64,000 nt of DNA, from the sequence record PV400809.1. One strand, given 5' to 3'. Under the pieces are notes generated by a model, which made no database searches, was not told the DNA's origin, and worked only from the letters and a program-made list of their open reading frames with translations. A program made the position numbers and the translations under genes. Of this stretch, positions 29,028 through 38,560 are shown piece by piece; within the stretch, counting starts at the first letter, position 1, and each line of letters begins with the position of its first letter.

Positions 29028-31196
29028 ATGACTGTTTTCAACAGAATCGTCCCTGGAAAGGTGGACATTAGTGGGATTCGGGACAACTCTATTCCAGAAT
29101 ATGACACGTCCCCGCCAACCACCCCGCTCCACCTTCCTGTTATCCACGGTATCTTCCCCAAAGGAAAACTGGCGTCTAAAGCAGGCACCCAATGGGTAGC
29201 CCCCCAAGACGTCAAAAAGATCTTTGGTGACATTTTCGACGAGAAGTCGCCCTACTACAGCCCAACGTCGGTCCTGATCCAGGCCCTCGCCCTGGGTCGC
29301 CAGAACACCATTGGTATTCGCCGCCTCTCGGTCAACGAAGTGGTTTCGAAAGCCTCGCTCTCTGCGTTTGTTCAGAAAGTGGAAGTTCAAGCCTACGAGC
29401 GGGATGCCAACGGCCGTTGGAAGTATAACGAAAACGGCGAGCGTATTCCGATCCCGGGTAAAACCTACCCGAACGGTCTGAACATCGAAATCAAAATCGA
29501 TGATGCCGCAGCGGGTAAAGAACCCGGCGCGCTCGAAGTCCGCACCATCGCCGCCAGTGGTGATACCCCTGAAACCCTGGTACTCCCCCTGTTCGAAGGG
29601 GTGGCTGGTGTCGGTGACGAATACAACAAGTCGGGCCTTAACCTGGGTGTCCGTGCGGACGCGCTGAATTGGCGTTCCATTTCCGAATTCGTTCGGTCCA
29701 CGGGGACTTTCCCTTACGACCTCCGTCAGTTCACCGATGGAGTCGATGGGACTCGTGTGTATTCGAAAACCACCCTCCAACAGGAAAGTGCCAAGTTCAC
29801 CCTGTTCCCGGTGTCCCTCAACGGCGTTCAGTACAGCCTGCAAACGGGTTTCGGCTCCTTTACTGGTCGTAACAAGAACGCCCCGGGTAACCCGGTTCCG
29901 GCTCCGTTCAACGACCTGGTCGTTTACCAGGACAACATCGACACCCTGTGTCAGATGATGTATGTGGTGGAACAGCCGGAAAATGATACCCTGGTAGAAG
30001 TCGGTGTTCCCGGTGAGTACTACAAGCAGATGAACCCGTTCACCTGCACCAACCACAACGGCGCGCCTTACTACGCCATCACCACCTCGGGTGTTATCAA
30101 GTGGGACCTGAGCGGCGCTATTAAATCCTCGGGCGGTATTTCGCCGTTCCTGGATAAGGACGGTAAGGTACCTGATTACGTTACCAAGCCGACAGTCAAC
30201 GATCCCTTTGGTCTGCTGACTAACACCGAGCGTCCTCTCACTCACCTTCAGGCGTGGGAAATCACCAACAAACTGATGGTGGCGGATCTGACCAGTTACG
30301 TGAATGGTGTGGAAATGAAAGACACCACTCGTAACCGTCAATCGATCTTCTGGGATATTGGTTATTCCCAAGAAGTAAAAGATATCGCCGAGCAGTTCCT
30401 GGGTGCCCGTAAGGACATTCTGGTTGTAGCAGACGCCTGTGTCTGGAGACCGGGTGAGAAGAACAGTCTCGAAGAGATCTATTCTCGGGCTGCAATGATC
30501 ACCAATCGACTGCGCATGACGGTCGAGTCTGAGAAGTGGGGTACCCCAGCCTGCCGTGCAGCTGTGAACCTCATCGAAGCGAAAGTCACCGATGAACCGA
30601 CCGGCTGGTACTTCTCGGGTAACATCGACCTGGCCTATGCCTTTGCACTATGGGCAGGTAACATCGACGGTCTGATCGTCACTCCAAACGCACCGGATCA
30701 TGCGGATAACCGTAAACTCCGTCTGATGCACTCCCCCAACATCGTCTTCGAAGAAGATGAAGTGGCGGCTGAGAACTTCAGCAACGGCCATATCTCCCTG
30801 AAGCCTTGGGACTGGAACGTTCAAACGTACCGTCCGGGTCTCCCCACCATTCACCCGAACCCCGACTCGGTCCTCAAGGACCTGGCTAACCCGTTCCTGT
30901 GCGTGGCGATGGAGAAGATCTCCGCGGATCAATGGCGCATCGTTTGTGGTGACCGTACCATCACCGCAGATAACTACGCCTCCATCATGAAAGACGAGAT
31001 CGAGAGCGCGTGCCGTAACGCGGTAGGGGGTGAAGTCTCCAACATCGTCGCAGAAACGTTCTACGAAACTGGAACGCTCGGATCCCGTGCGAAACTGCGT
31101 GTGATTCTCCACGCTTGGTTTAACAAAGCCAAGTACATGATGGAATTCGATCTCTACGCTTACAACCAACAGGATCTGGCCACTACTGCGGCCTGA
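29028..31196 (+). CDS. Contractile tail sheath protein
   Basis: 722 aa from MTVFNRIVPG (GAGG RBS); WDxGY and WGTPxCRA-like segments; biased codons; followed by the tube gene. Confidence 0.85.
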   Translation: MTVFNRIVPGKVDISGIRDNSIPEYDTSPPTTPLHLPVIHGIFPKGKLASKAGTQWVAPQDVKKIFGDIFDEKSPYYSPTSVLIQALALGRQNTIGIRRLSVNEVVSKASLSAFVQKVEVQAYERDANGRWKYNENGERIPIPGKTYPNGLNIEIKIDDAAAGKEPGALEVRTIAASGDTPETLVLPLFEGVAGVGDEYNKSGLNLGVRADALNWRSISEFVRSTGTFPYDLRQFTDGVDGTRVYSKTTLQQESAKFTLFPVSLNGVQYSLQTGFGSFTGRNKNAPGNPVPAPFNDLVVYQDNIDTLCQMMYVVEQPENDTLVEVGVPGEYYKQMNPFTCTNHNGAPYYAITTSGVIKWDLSGAIKSSGGISPFLDKDGKVPDYVTKPTVNDPFGLLTNTERPLTHLQAWEITNKLMVADLTSYVNGVEMKDTTRNRQSIFWDIGYSQEVKDIAEQFLGARKDILVVADACVWRPGEKNSLEEIYSRAAMITNRLRMTVESEKWGTPACRAAVNLIEAKVTDEPTGWYFSGNIDLAYAFALWAGNIDGLIVTPNAPDHADNRKLRLMHSPNIVFEEDEVAAENFSNGHISLKPWDWNVQTYRPGLPTIHPNPDSVLKDLANPFLCVAMEKISADQWRIVCGDRTITADNYASIMKDEIESACRNAVGGEVSNIVAETFYETGTLGSRAKLRVILHAWFNKAKYMMEFDLYAYNQQDLATTAA

Positions 31197-31206
31197 GGAA
31201 TGAAAG

Positions 31207-32115
31207 ATGGCTAACGAAACGAACTTCCCTCATCGGTCCAGTACGACCCTACTCCCGAAGTCCGATCCCTTCGTACGGGCTCTGGACCTGCAAAACCGTC
31301 CGGTTATTAACGCCCAATTCGGGGGTATGTACGGTTGGGCTGGTAACGTCTTCGAGTATGTCAGCGCACAACCTCACGTCAGTCAACTGGGGTGGTGTAT
31401 TGTCCTCTCGACTCCTGCTGCCTTCTCCCGACTGCCGGGTGGCACTGCGTTGCATTCGCTGTGTAAGGCGTGGTTTGAAAACCGTTCTCAGTCGTTCGAA
31501 GGTCTCCGTGACATGACTGAGGTTCAGTTTGCTCAAATGGAATGGACGGGTCACGTACTCTCCATTCCGTCGGGCGCTACCCGTTCAATGGGTCAAGTCA
31601 CGCATACTGGTTACGATTGCATCGGTGAAGTGTTCACCAAGATGTTCAAGGTCTGGCAACAATGGCTGGTCATGGATTCGGAAGTCCTGAACGCCAAGAT
31701 TGTCATCCTGGATAATCCGGGTGACATGCTGATCGATGAAGTATCGGTCTCGTGCATCTACTTCGAACCCACCCACACCATGAAGGACATTGCTCACGCT
31801 GCCTTGGTGGTTGGTATGATGCCCCGTACCTCTGTTCCGATTGAAATCAAGCGTAACAAGAGCGAAGAAGGCGCAATCCGTCAGATCACCATGGAGTTCA
31901 CCGGTTTGGTGGAATTCGACACCCTGGCTGTGAAACAGATTGCTCGTCAGATGTTGAAACTCCTTCCGCTGTACAACCCGGATGCCATTGCTGCCCCTCC
32001 GGGCTTCAAACAGCGTTCTGCGGCTGTCACCTCGTCGCCGTCCGGTACCATCGAACGGATGATCGATCAGAAAGCCCAAGTGGACGGCGCTGCCGGTCAG
32101 TTGTACATGGGTTAA
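31207..32115 (+). CDS. Tail tube protein
   Basis: 302 aa, immediately after the sheath gene, highly biased codons. Confidence 0.8.
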   Translation: MANETNFPHRSSTTLLPKSDPFVRALDLQNRPVINAQFGGMYGWAGNVFEYVSAQPHVSQLGWCIVLSTPAAFSRLPGGTALHSLCKAWFENRSQSFEGLRDMTEVQFAQMEWTGHVLSIPSGATRSMGQVTHTGYDCIGEVFTKMFKVWQQWLVMDSEVLNAKIVILDNPGDMLIDEVSVSCIYFEPTHTMKDIAHAALVVGMMPRTSVPIEIKRNKSEEGAIRQITMEFTGLVEFDTLAVKQIARQMLKLLPLYNPDAIAAPPGFKQRSAAVTSSPSGTIERMIDQKAQVDGAAGQLYMG

Positions 32116-32134
32116 ACAAAAAAGGTGTACTGCA

Positions 32135-32168
32135 TACCCTCCCTACCCTTTGCGGGGTAGGGAGGGTA
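32135..32168. terminator. Terminator hairpin between convergent genes
   Basis: TACCCTCCCTACCC/GGGTAGGGAGGGTA stem. Confidence 0.75.
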
Positions 32169-32181
32169 CTGTATGGGTTCA

Positions 32182-32586
32182 TTACGCTTGGCAGAAGATA
32201 TTCCCATCTACGCACGAAACCTCATTGTTCTTGCGAATCATGACTTCTCTGAAGACAACAAAATCCTTCGAATGAGACGCATTGTGTTCCCCAAAGGGTT
32301 CGTGGTGCATGATGTAATGGTCCATCTGCTCTTCCGTAAAGTGTTCAGGAAAGGTCACTTCCCATCCATCATAACGGCGTTTGAAGATCGGGTCTGTGCA
32401 GTCCGGAGAATGCAGGATCCGTATCTTCCCTGCGTATACTCCTAACGAGAAGCTAAAAATACGACCGTTCTCTATTCGCTTAATGGAGTAACGCATACCC
32501 TTAGCTTCTAGATAGCGCTGAACAACTAGCAGCACGATTACAGCATATGTGGTCAGAAGCACCGCATTTGCGATAACGTTGTACAT
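32182..32586 (-). CDS. Hypothetical protein with an N-terminal transmembrane helix
   Basis: VIANAVLLTTYAVIVLLVV hydrophobic stretch; GAGAGG RBS. Confidence 0.65.
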   Translation of the reverse strand: MYNVIANAVLLTTYAVIVLLVVQRYLEAKGMRYSIKRIENGRIFSFSLGVYAGKIRILHSPDCTDPIFKRRYDGWEVTFPEHFTEEQMDHYIMHHEPFGEHNASHSKDFVVFREVMIRKNNEVSCVDGNIFCQA

Positions 32587-32598
32587 AGGTTTATCCTC

Positions 32599-33279
32599 TC
32601 ATCGAACGTTAAGTTCGTCCACGAATGGACCGATTTTCTTCTTGAAGTTGGATATTTCTAAAGCGAAAATGTCCTTAGTTGAAGTGGTGAACCCATCCCA
32701 TAGATTACCTTTAGGACCATATTCCTCCAAAAAGGCCTTATTCAATTTCTTAGAACAAGGGGGTAATCCAGTGAGTACAGCAAACTCGTCGTACAGCTTT
32801 TGATACTTCTGATTGACGACATCCGTTAAGCGCTTAGTGGTGTGAATGACCAGCTCAACGAAGGTGTAGGAAGACATTCGAATAGTATCTGCCCTGATAG
32901 GCCGACAGGATTGTGAAATGAAACGTTCGTCCTCAGGTGTAAAGATCCCGTCCGCATAATACCGAAGAAACATCCACCCTACTCCTGGAGAGACTTCATA
33001 GGGATGACGTTTCGTAATAGGACGACCCGTCTCAAGTAACAGGATAATAGTGTAGATAAGCAAAACATCATGTTCTGTTAGATTATCCTGGTGGTCTATT
33101 AGACGCTTAGCGACGTTAAGGGAATCCAGCAAGTAGTAGTGGTCATACCCATCCTGATGATTATGCTTCAAGTGGTTAAAGACCTTGTGTACTAAATCCG
33201 TGGGAATTCTACCGCCTAGGATAAGTTTGATGTCAGACAGTAATTTGATTTCTCCAAGGGTTTTCGCATCGGCTTCCAT
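32599..33279 (-). CDS. HD-domain-like protein, apparently degenerate
   Basis: Start MEADAK; HD-like scaffold with LLLETG where LHDxG is expected. Confidence 0.45.
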   Translation of the reverse strand: MEADAKTLGEIKLLSDIKLILGGRIPTDLVHKVFNHLKHNHQDGYDHYYLLDSLNVAKRLIDHQDNLTEHDVLLIYTIILLLETGRPITKRHPYEVSPGVGWMFLRYYADGIFTPEDERFISQSCRPIRADTIRMSSYTFVELVIHTTKRLTDVVNQKYQKLYDEFAVLTGLPPCSKKLNKAFLEEYGPKGNLWDGFTTSTKDIFALEISNFKKKIGPFVDELNVR

Positions 33280-33321
33280 TGGTGGTATCCCTTCTAGAAA
33301 AAAAAAATAAAGATTGGAACA

Positions 33322-33345
33322 GGGGGAGCAAACGCTCACTCCCCC
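33322..33345 (-). terminator. Intrinsic terminator
   Basis: GGGGGAG/CTCCCCC stem followed by CTTTATTTTTTTTT on the minus strand. Confidence 0.65.
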
Positions 33346-33352
33346 AACAGGT

Positions 33353-33808
33353 TCAATCTACAACCGTCATGTTGACAAAGGCACCTTCTTTTTCGAACTG
33401 CTCACGAAGGCTTCCTGTCACACAATGTTCGTAGGCTGTTTCTGTTCCGCTGTTCATAACTTGGATATAACCGCTTTTAGCCTTACCGTTATCATCCACC
33501 CCGAGGGTATAGAACCAGTTACCCGTCGGGTTGGTTATGAAGACTTCACGGGTAGCGAGATTGGTCTCACGGTGGTAGGAGAACTGTTTACCCATGTCAT
33601 TCCCAGGCTTGGTAAAACTGACTTGGACTTTTTCCGGGTACCCGATGGTCAGGGTCCACAGGTCACCTTGAGGAATCTGGGTCAGCTTGACCTCAGCACC
33701 GTCCTTCAAGGTGCAGTTGAACATGATTTCTTCATTACCCGCCGCATTGGCCAGTTGCAAGAACAGGAAAGTGAAGACGGTTGAAATAGACAGGAAAAAC
33801 GTTTTCAT
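33353..33808 (-). CDS. Exported (Sec signal peptide) beta-rich protein
   Basis: MKTFFLSISTVFTFLFLQLANA-A signal peptide; two Cys in the mature domain. Confidence 0.75.
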   Translation of the reverse strand: MKTFFLSISTVFTFLFLQLANAAGNEEIMFNCTLKDGAEVKLTQIPQGDLWTLTIGYPEKVQVSFTKPGNDMGKQFSYHRETNLATREVFITNPTGNWFYTLGVDDNGKAKSGYIQVMNSGTETAYEHCVTGSLREQFEKEGAFVNMTVVD

Positions 33809-33870
33809 GGAGTATCCTCATGTGTGCGAAAGTACATCCTTGTGGATGTTGGGTTTCATTCGTTTAGGTG

Positions 33871-34392
33871 TTAAGCAGACTCCCCCCAACCAAAGAACCC
33901 TGATAGTGCTTTAGACGGGGGTATTCCCTTTGGGGTTTTTATGATCTTCTCTTCCTTGTTCTTATCCTGCGTGCTCCGGTTCACCTGTTGAATCAAGCGA
34001 CGGAGACTGATACCGATGTTCTCTTCGATATCATAATCCGTAATCGCCAGACTAAATTGGGCGATTGAGAGCCGACTTCCTCCCAACATAAAGTCTAAGG
34101 CAGGGTTAGCGTTATACGCCAAGGCAAACTTGGATCCGGTCTTGTCACGACCGTTATGTTCGAAGATCACCACAGTACCGCAGTCCGTACCGATCAAAAT
34201 AAGACGACGACCTGTTTTAGGATCCAGTGCTTTAAAGACCTTACCCACTGGGAGTTGAAGTCTTACAGCACCCTCGTACATATTCCCTGAGCTCCTCCAT
34301 TCGGGATCAAAAGCCATTGAGTTATCTATGCGGGCTATCACGTTTTCGAAACGTTTAGCCAACTCAAGACTTTCGTCTAGTATCGCCAGCAT
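33871..34392 (-). CDS. Conserved hypothetical early protein
   Basis: 173 aa; AAGGAGG RBS; early promoter motif upstream. Confidence 0.75.
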   Translation of the reverse strand: MLAILDESLELAKRFENVIARIDNSMAFDPEWRSSGNMYEGAVRLQLPVGKVFKALDPKTGRRLILIGTDCGTVVIFEHNGRDKTGSKFALAYNANPALDFMLGGSRLSIAQFSLAITDYDIEENIGISLRRLIQQVNRSTQDKNKEEKIIKTPKGIPPSKALSGFFGWGESA

Positions 34393-34444
34393 AGAGCATA
34401 TCCTCCTTTAATTGACTAAGGAAACCAATGCCTTATTCACCCTA

Positions 34445-34461
34445 GTGATATAGACCTCAAA
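34445..34461 (-). promoter_or_regulatory. Early promoter candidate
   Basis: TTTGAGG-TCTATATCAC. Confidence 0.6.
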
Positions 34462-34487
34462 GAACATGCAAGTTAAAATACGACAAC

Positions 34488-34519
34488 CTACTGCCTAGCC
34501 CATTACGGCTAGGCAGTAG
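34488..34519 (-). terminator. Terminator hairpin after tmk
   Basis: 13-bp stem CTACTGCCTAGCC/GGCTAGGCAGTAG. Confidence 0.7.
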
Positions 34520-34528
34520 TGACGTGTT

Positions 34529-35182
34529 CTAATATTTATTACACAGGCGTTCCAGATAGGTGGTCATTTGATTGAACACCTCGTCTTCACTCACGGTGGC
34601 GTCAATGAGCGCACAGTCACGGCCTGTTTGCCCCATGCGTCGATACGCTGTACGGGCCTTTTCATAGAATTCAACCGTTTGAGAATCCAGACGGTTCATA
34701 CCACCCCGTTGATGGACCCGGTCCAACACCACCTCAACCGGTGCATCCAGAATGAACGTAAAGTGAGGCCAGAAGTCTTGGGTCAGTAAGCGGTGTAACT
34801 CCAGGATTTTCCCTACCCCCAATCCCCGGGCTTCCCCTTGGTACGCTATGGTCGTATGCACATACCGATCACAGAGTACAAACTTCCCGGCTTGCAAGCT
34901 GGGTTTAACCAAGGTTTCAAGGTGTTGTACCCGAGCCGCATTGAACAACAGGAGTTCCGTCATTTGGCAAGGGCCTTCTTCACCCTCATCCAGCGACAGG
35001 AGCAATTCCCTGATACGGTTACAGTACGGAGTCCCACCTGGTTCTCGGGTCTTAACCACATCCACACCACGTTCTACTAACCAGTTCGCTATGCGATTAA
35101 CAACAGTGGTCTTACCCGTTCCATCCAACCCCTCCACCACACAAAACATTCCGGAGTAGAGACTAGCGAAATTCATAGTCAT
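34529..35182 (-). CDS. tmk: Thymidylate (dTMP) kinase
   Basis: EGLDGTGKTT P-loop, TREPGGT, ELLLF and CDRY motifs. Confidence 0.95.
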   Translation of the reverse strand: MTMNFASLYSGMFCVVEGLDGTGKTTVVNRIANWLVERGVDVVKTREPGGTPYCNRIRELLLSLDEGEEGPCQMTELLLFNAARVQHLETLVKPSLQAGKFVLCDRYVHTTIAYQGEARGLGVGKILELHRLLTQDFWPHFTFILDAPVEVVLDRVHQRGGMNRLDSQTVEFYEKARTAYRRMGQTGRDCALIDATVSEDEVFNQMTTYLERLCNKY

Positions 35183-35358
35183 TTCCCGATTTTTATTTCA
35201 AAGTTGAATCGCTTGGGTTTCTCATACGTCTTGAGGATACCTGCGTCCCCTTCAGGTCTGCTGGGGTCGTACGGACGGCGTTCTTCAGGAATATGATCGT
35301 AAACCTTACCGAGGGATTCCAGCAGTTTACGGTCGATTTTAACATCGTTGTTAGCCAT
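35179..35358 (-). CDS. Small hypothetical protein, 59 aa (not in ORF track)
   Basis: MANNDVKIDRKLLESLGK...FEIKIGK*; GGAG RBS; stop overlaps the tmk start (ATGA). Confidence 0.7.
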   Translation of the reverse strand: MANNDVKIDRKLLESLGKVYDHIPEERRPYDPSRPEGDAGILKTYEKPKRFNFEIKIGK

Positions 35359-35381
35359 AACGAATACTCCAGTGTTGTAGG

Positions 35382-36299
35382 CTACTCTCTACTCCGTAAG
35401 ATATCATTAATCACACCCAAATAAACCCCCTTAACTTCTTCATAGTCATTCATCCAGTAACCGGATTTCCTCCTGATGATACCCTGGGTGATCTCATGCA
35501 GTGTTCCACCAAGATCATCTTCTATCTCTAGGTCTTTAGGGGTGGGCAACCCTACCAATAACCTCATCGCAGGGGTGGAGTCTTTCAAACGAAAGACAAA
35601 GCGTTGAGTCGGTAGAGGAATACCTGCCCTTTCCCACTCTACCTCCTTCTCCTTAGAGACCGTAAGGACCACTTCATCGTTCTCTTTTAGAGTATACCAA
35701 TGTGAAATGAGATTGGGGAGTACTAGCTCTTTCAATTCCCCGGGAAGATCGTTGTAAAGGATTCGCTTAGGGACATCCCACAATGGGGCTATAAATGGCC
35801 GACAACCTATGTCCGTGCCCGCCAATTTACCGAGTGTGGCGGGAAGATTCAACAGTACCTGGTAATCTGATTCACTCCATTCATTGATGTTTAACGTGTG
35901 TTCTGAGGTGTCTTCCTGTATGAACCCTATCCACGTACTGGGGAATAGGTGAATGTTACTCCGAGACGCCTGCATCATCCCCAATACCACATTCAGGGAT
36001 TGATTAGCAATATGAACGAATGGACTCTGTCTGTTGCTATCAATGGTGTAAATGGAAGGAACGGCCATACTCGTGTCCATCATCACGAAGGTCTTTCCAA
36101 TGGACCCTGGGTAGTCATCCGTGTGATCTCTGAAATAGTCTTCCACTTTAGCGAGTGCCATTAATTCCACCAAGGTCACGCATGCACTACCCGTGGCATT
36201 CACCAAGCAAGGATTCACTGTATGGCCTGCTTTCATGGCTTTATGATACATCGCCACAGATTCCACCCCACCACTCCAAGCCAAATTAATAACAGCCAT
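35382..36299 (-). CDS. PP-loop (QueC-like) ATP pyrophosphatase family protein
   Basis: N-terminal LAWSGGVES, later WIGFIQED and APLWDVPK; no C-terminal Cys cluster. Confidence 0.6.
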   Translation of the reverse strand: MAVINLAWSGGVESVAMYHKAMKAGHTVNPCLVNATGSACVTLVELMALAKVEDYFRDHTDDYPGSIGKTFVMMDTSMAVPSIYTIDSNRQSPFVHIANQSLNVVLGMMQASRSNIHLFPSTWIGFIQEDTSEHTLNINEWSESDYQVLLNLPATLGKLAGTDIGCRPFIAPLWDVPKRILYNDLPGELKELVLPNLISHWYTLKENDEVVLTVSKEKEVEWERAGIPLPTQRFVFRLKDSTPAMRLLVGLPTPKDLEIEDDLGGTLHEITQGIIRRKSGYWMNDYEEVKGVYLGVINDILRSRE

Positions 36300-36327
36300 T
36301 CTCTTTCCTCCAAATAAATAAAGAAAC

Positions 36328-36356
36328 CAGTAGGTAGGGGTATCCCCTACCTACTG
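36328..36356 (-). terminator. Intrinsic terminator
   Basis: CAGTAGGTAGGGG/CCCCTACCTACTG followed by GTTTCTTTATTTATT. Confidence 0.8.
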
Positions 36357-36365
36357 ATCGTCTGG

Positions 36366-36701
36366 TTATTGCGGTTGATAGTGAGCAATGATCTCTTTAA
36401 GTACCGCAGTGAGATCTTCCTCGTGGAAGGCGATCCGTTCTCGCGTGGACAGACTGATAATCCCCAAAGAGACATATTCACCCGTAGGGGTCAGTTTAGC
36501 CACCGGTGTTTCCCGGGATGGGAAATGGTAGAACCAAACCCCATTCGGACTGATAACGGCGGTCAACCCGTTACGACCTTCGGTCTGGTATACCGTGGGC
36601 GTTTGATCCTTCCCCTGTTCTTTAAGAACCTCCAACAGTTGGAAGAACGTGTCCAAAAGCGTCTTACTGGTTGCTTTGGTACAGAACGAATCCCCTCTCA
36701 C
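36366..36701 (-). CDS. Hypothetical protein
   Basis: 111 aa; 4-nt overlap with the Nudix gene. Confidence 0.65.
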   Translation of the reverse strand: MRGDSFCTKATSKTLLDTFFQLLEVLKEQGKDQTPTVYQTEGRNGLTAVISPNGVWFYHFPSRETPVAKLTPTGEYVSLGIISLSTRERIAFHEEDLTAVLKEIIAHYQPQ

Positions 36702-37516
36702 TGACCCTGCCCCTTGATGATATCCACAATCTGGTCAATCCGGTTGATGATCAAACCTGACCAAGGTTCGAACCCAACGAGTTCACCGTCATCCGATTTG
36801 ATGGGGGCATCTTTGTTGGTATGCTGAGCGATCAACTCTTTGACCGTAAACCACCCCATATCCTTGTTGTTCACTTCGTTGGACATATCGAACGTGGTGT
36901 TGTGTTCCACCACCGGAACCAGACAGATAACACCGACGTGAATATTCCCAACGTACCCGGGCTCACCCTTATCCATTACGAACCCAATAGGAAACGCCTT
37001 CTGAGTAACTTCTTCGGTGATATCACCCCGGTTAAATGAGTAGAAGGAGACCTCCTCCAGGAATTCACGACGGAGATTAGCCTCCACGGTATGAGCCCAA
37101 TCGATCACCGAAGTTTCCCCGTAGAACTTATCAGCTTCCAGGTAGTGGGAAATGTCTTCCTTCTCGATATGACCCCCGGGGGCCAGGGACAAGCAGCTAC
37201 TCAGGCGTTGATCCCCAGCTTTCTTGGTACGTTGATACACTGCGAACTCGATATTCCCATCGGTACTGATACGGTACGGGAGACCGTAGGCAATCCCTTG
37301 ACGGAAGAGTTCATGCTGGTTGTTCAGGGAACGAACAGAACCCATGACCGCACTATCCAGTTCGTTCAGGATCTTGATGGTGGCTTCTTGCCCCAAGATC
37401 GTGGCCTCGTTAACAGGCACCAAGGCTTCAACACTGGGAGAATGAACCCCGTAGGTGAATTCACCGTACTTCTTGAATTCGTGCGACTCTTTAACCACTT
37501 GTTTAGGGACGATCAT
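36698..37516 (-). CDS. Nudix-family hydrolase (predicted phosphoesterase type)
   Basis: YQRTKKAGDQRL, SLAPGGHI and RREFLEEV Nudix box elements. Confidence 0.8.
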   Translation of the reverse strand: MIVPKQVVKESHEFKKYGEFTYGVHSPSVEALVPVNEATILGQEATIKILNELDSAVMGSVRSLNNQHELFRQGIAYGLPYRISTDGNIEFAVYQRTKKAGDQRLSSCLSLAPGGHIEKEDISHYLEADKFYGETSVIDWAHTVEANLRREFLEEVSFYSFNRGDITEEVTQKAFPIGFVMDKGEPGYVGNIHVGVICLVPVVEHNTTFDMSNEVNNKDMGWFTVKELIAQHTNKDAPIKSDDGELVGFEPWSGLIINRIDQIVDIIKGQGQ

Positions 37517-37528
37517 GGAATAAACCTC

Positions 37529-37834
37529 TTAGTTGACAGTGGAAGTGGGGGGTGTTGCGGCTTTGAGTTTCTCTGAGATCTGTTCAAAGATCAGCGAGAG
37601 AGCTTTTTCAGTGTCCTTACGGCTAAACGGACTCCCTTCAATATTCACGGTGATATCACCGTCACTGGGGATTTCGATCGTGGCATACACCACACCCTCC
37701 TTCCCCTGTTCAATGACAATGAAGGTTTCGAGATGCCCCATCATAACCCTCAAGGGTTTATATTCAAACGTCCGAATCACCGAAGGTTCAGCTTCCAGCG
37801 CCATCTCGAACGTGATGATGTTATCACTTAGCAT
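37529..37834 (-). CDS. Hypothetical protein
   Basis: 101 aa; GAGGGG RBS. Confidence 0.65.
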   Translation of the reverse strand: MLSDNIITFEMALEAEPSVIRTFEYKPLRVMMGHLETFIVIEQGKEGVVYATIEIPSDGDITVNIEGSPFSRKDTEKALSLIFEQISEKLKAATPPTSTVN

Positions 37835-37836
37835 AT

Positions 37837-38508
37837 CTACCCCTCATGGTCTTGAAATCGGTTAGGCTGAATCATTAGGCGCGAGAGACCCTTCTTACCC
37901 AGCATGAACCATTGGATCTGTAACCCTATCCCTACAAGGTCCTCTTCCGTCAGGATGTCATCCATTACTTCGTACTTGAGGACCTGGTTTCCAGAATGGA
38001 TGCTCCCAATGAGGGCATCACTGTCCCCATTCACTACCGCGGCATACCAATCCGTATCGTTCAGGGTTTCAAAATACTCGTTTTTCGCACTGTAGTAACG
38101 GATAAGGTAACCCGTTTCACCCCGGATGGTCAGTCGAATCGTCCGAGACTCCGCCTCCCAGAAGGTCCCTTCCGCATCCGGTTCCGTAACGACGATGTGA
38201 CTCAGATGCTTTAACCCCCCTACCTCGATCAGTCCAGTGGGTTTAACCTTATTGATCTGATCTTTCAATTGGGTATGGATATCGGCCAACAACTCGGCAT
38301 CTACGAGATCCACTCGGTAACTGGAGAATGAGAACCCAGTTGGACTATCTTCAATCCGAGCAATCGTCCCTTCTGCATTCCAGAGGGTAACCTCCCAGCC
38401 TTCACCCTTACGGGTATAATCAAACCGGAAATACAGGTTGTTCTTGATAGCAATAGGGATACCGCGTTGATTGTCCTCCCAATTGATGGCTTTAAATAAA
38501 CGTTTCAT
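37837..38508 (-). CDS. Hypothetical protein, possibly two related domains
   Basis: 223 aa; AAGGA RBS. Confidence 0.7.
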   Translation of the reverse strand: MKRLFKAINWEDNQRGIPIAIKNNLYFRFDYTRKGEGWEVTLWNAEGTIARIEDSPTGFSFSSYRVDLVDAELLADIHTQLKDQINKVKPTGLIEVGGLKHLSHIVVTEPDAEGTFWEAESRTIRLTIRGETGYLIRYYSAKNEYFETLNDTDWYAAVVNGDSDALIGSIHSGNQVLKYEVMDDILTEEDLVGIGLQIQWFMLGKKGLSRLMIQPNRFQDHEG

Positions 38509-38533
38509 CGCGAACAGTCCTTGGAATAGGGAA

Positions 38534-38551
38534 GGGGTAGTTGCCTACCCC
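38534..38551 (-). terminator. Short terminator-like hairpin
   Basis: GGGGTAG/CTACCCC stem. Confidence 0.5.
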
Positions 38552-38560
38552 TAGGTAAGA

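Noticed and set aside
28989-30371. 460-aa ORF antisense to the tail sheath gene
   Set aside because: Same codon-bias shadow effect
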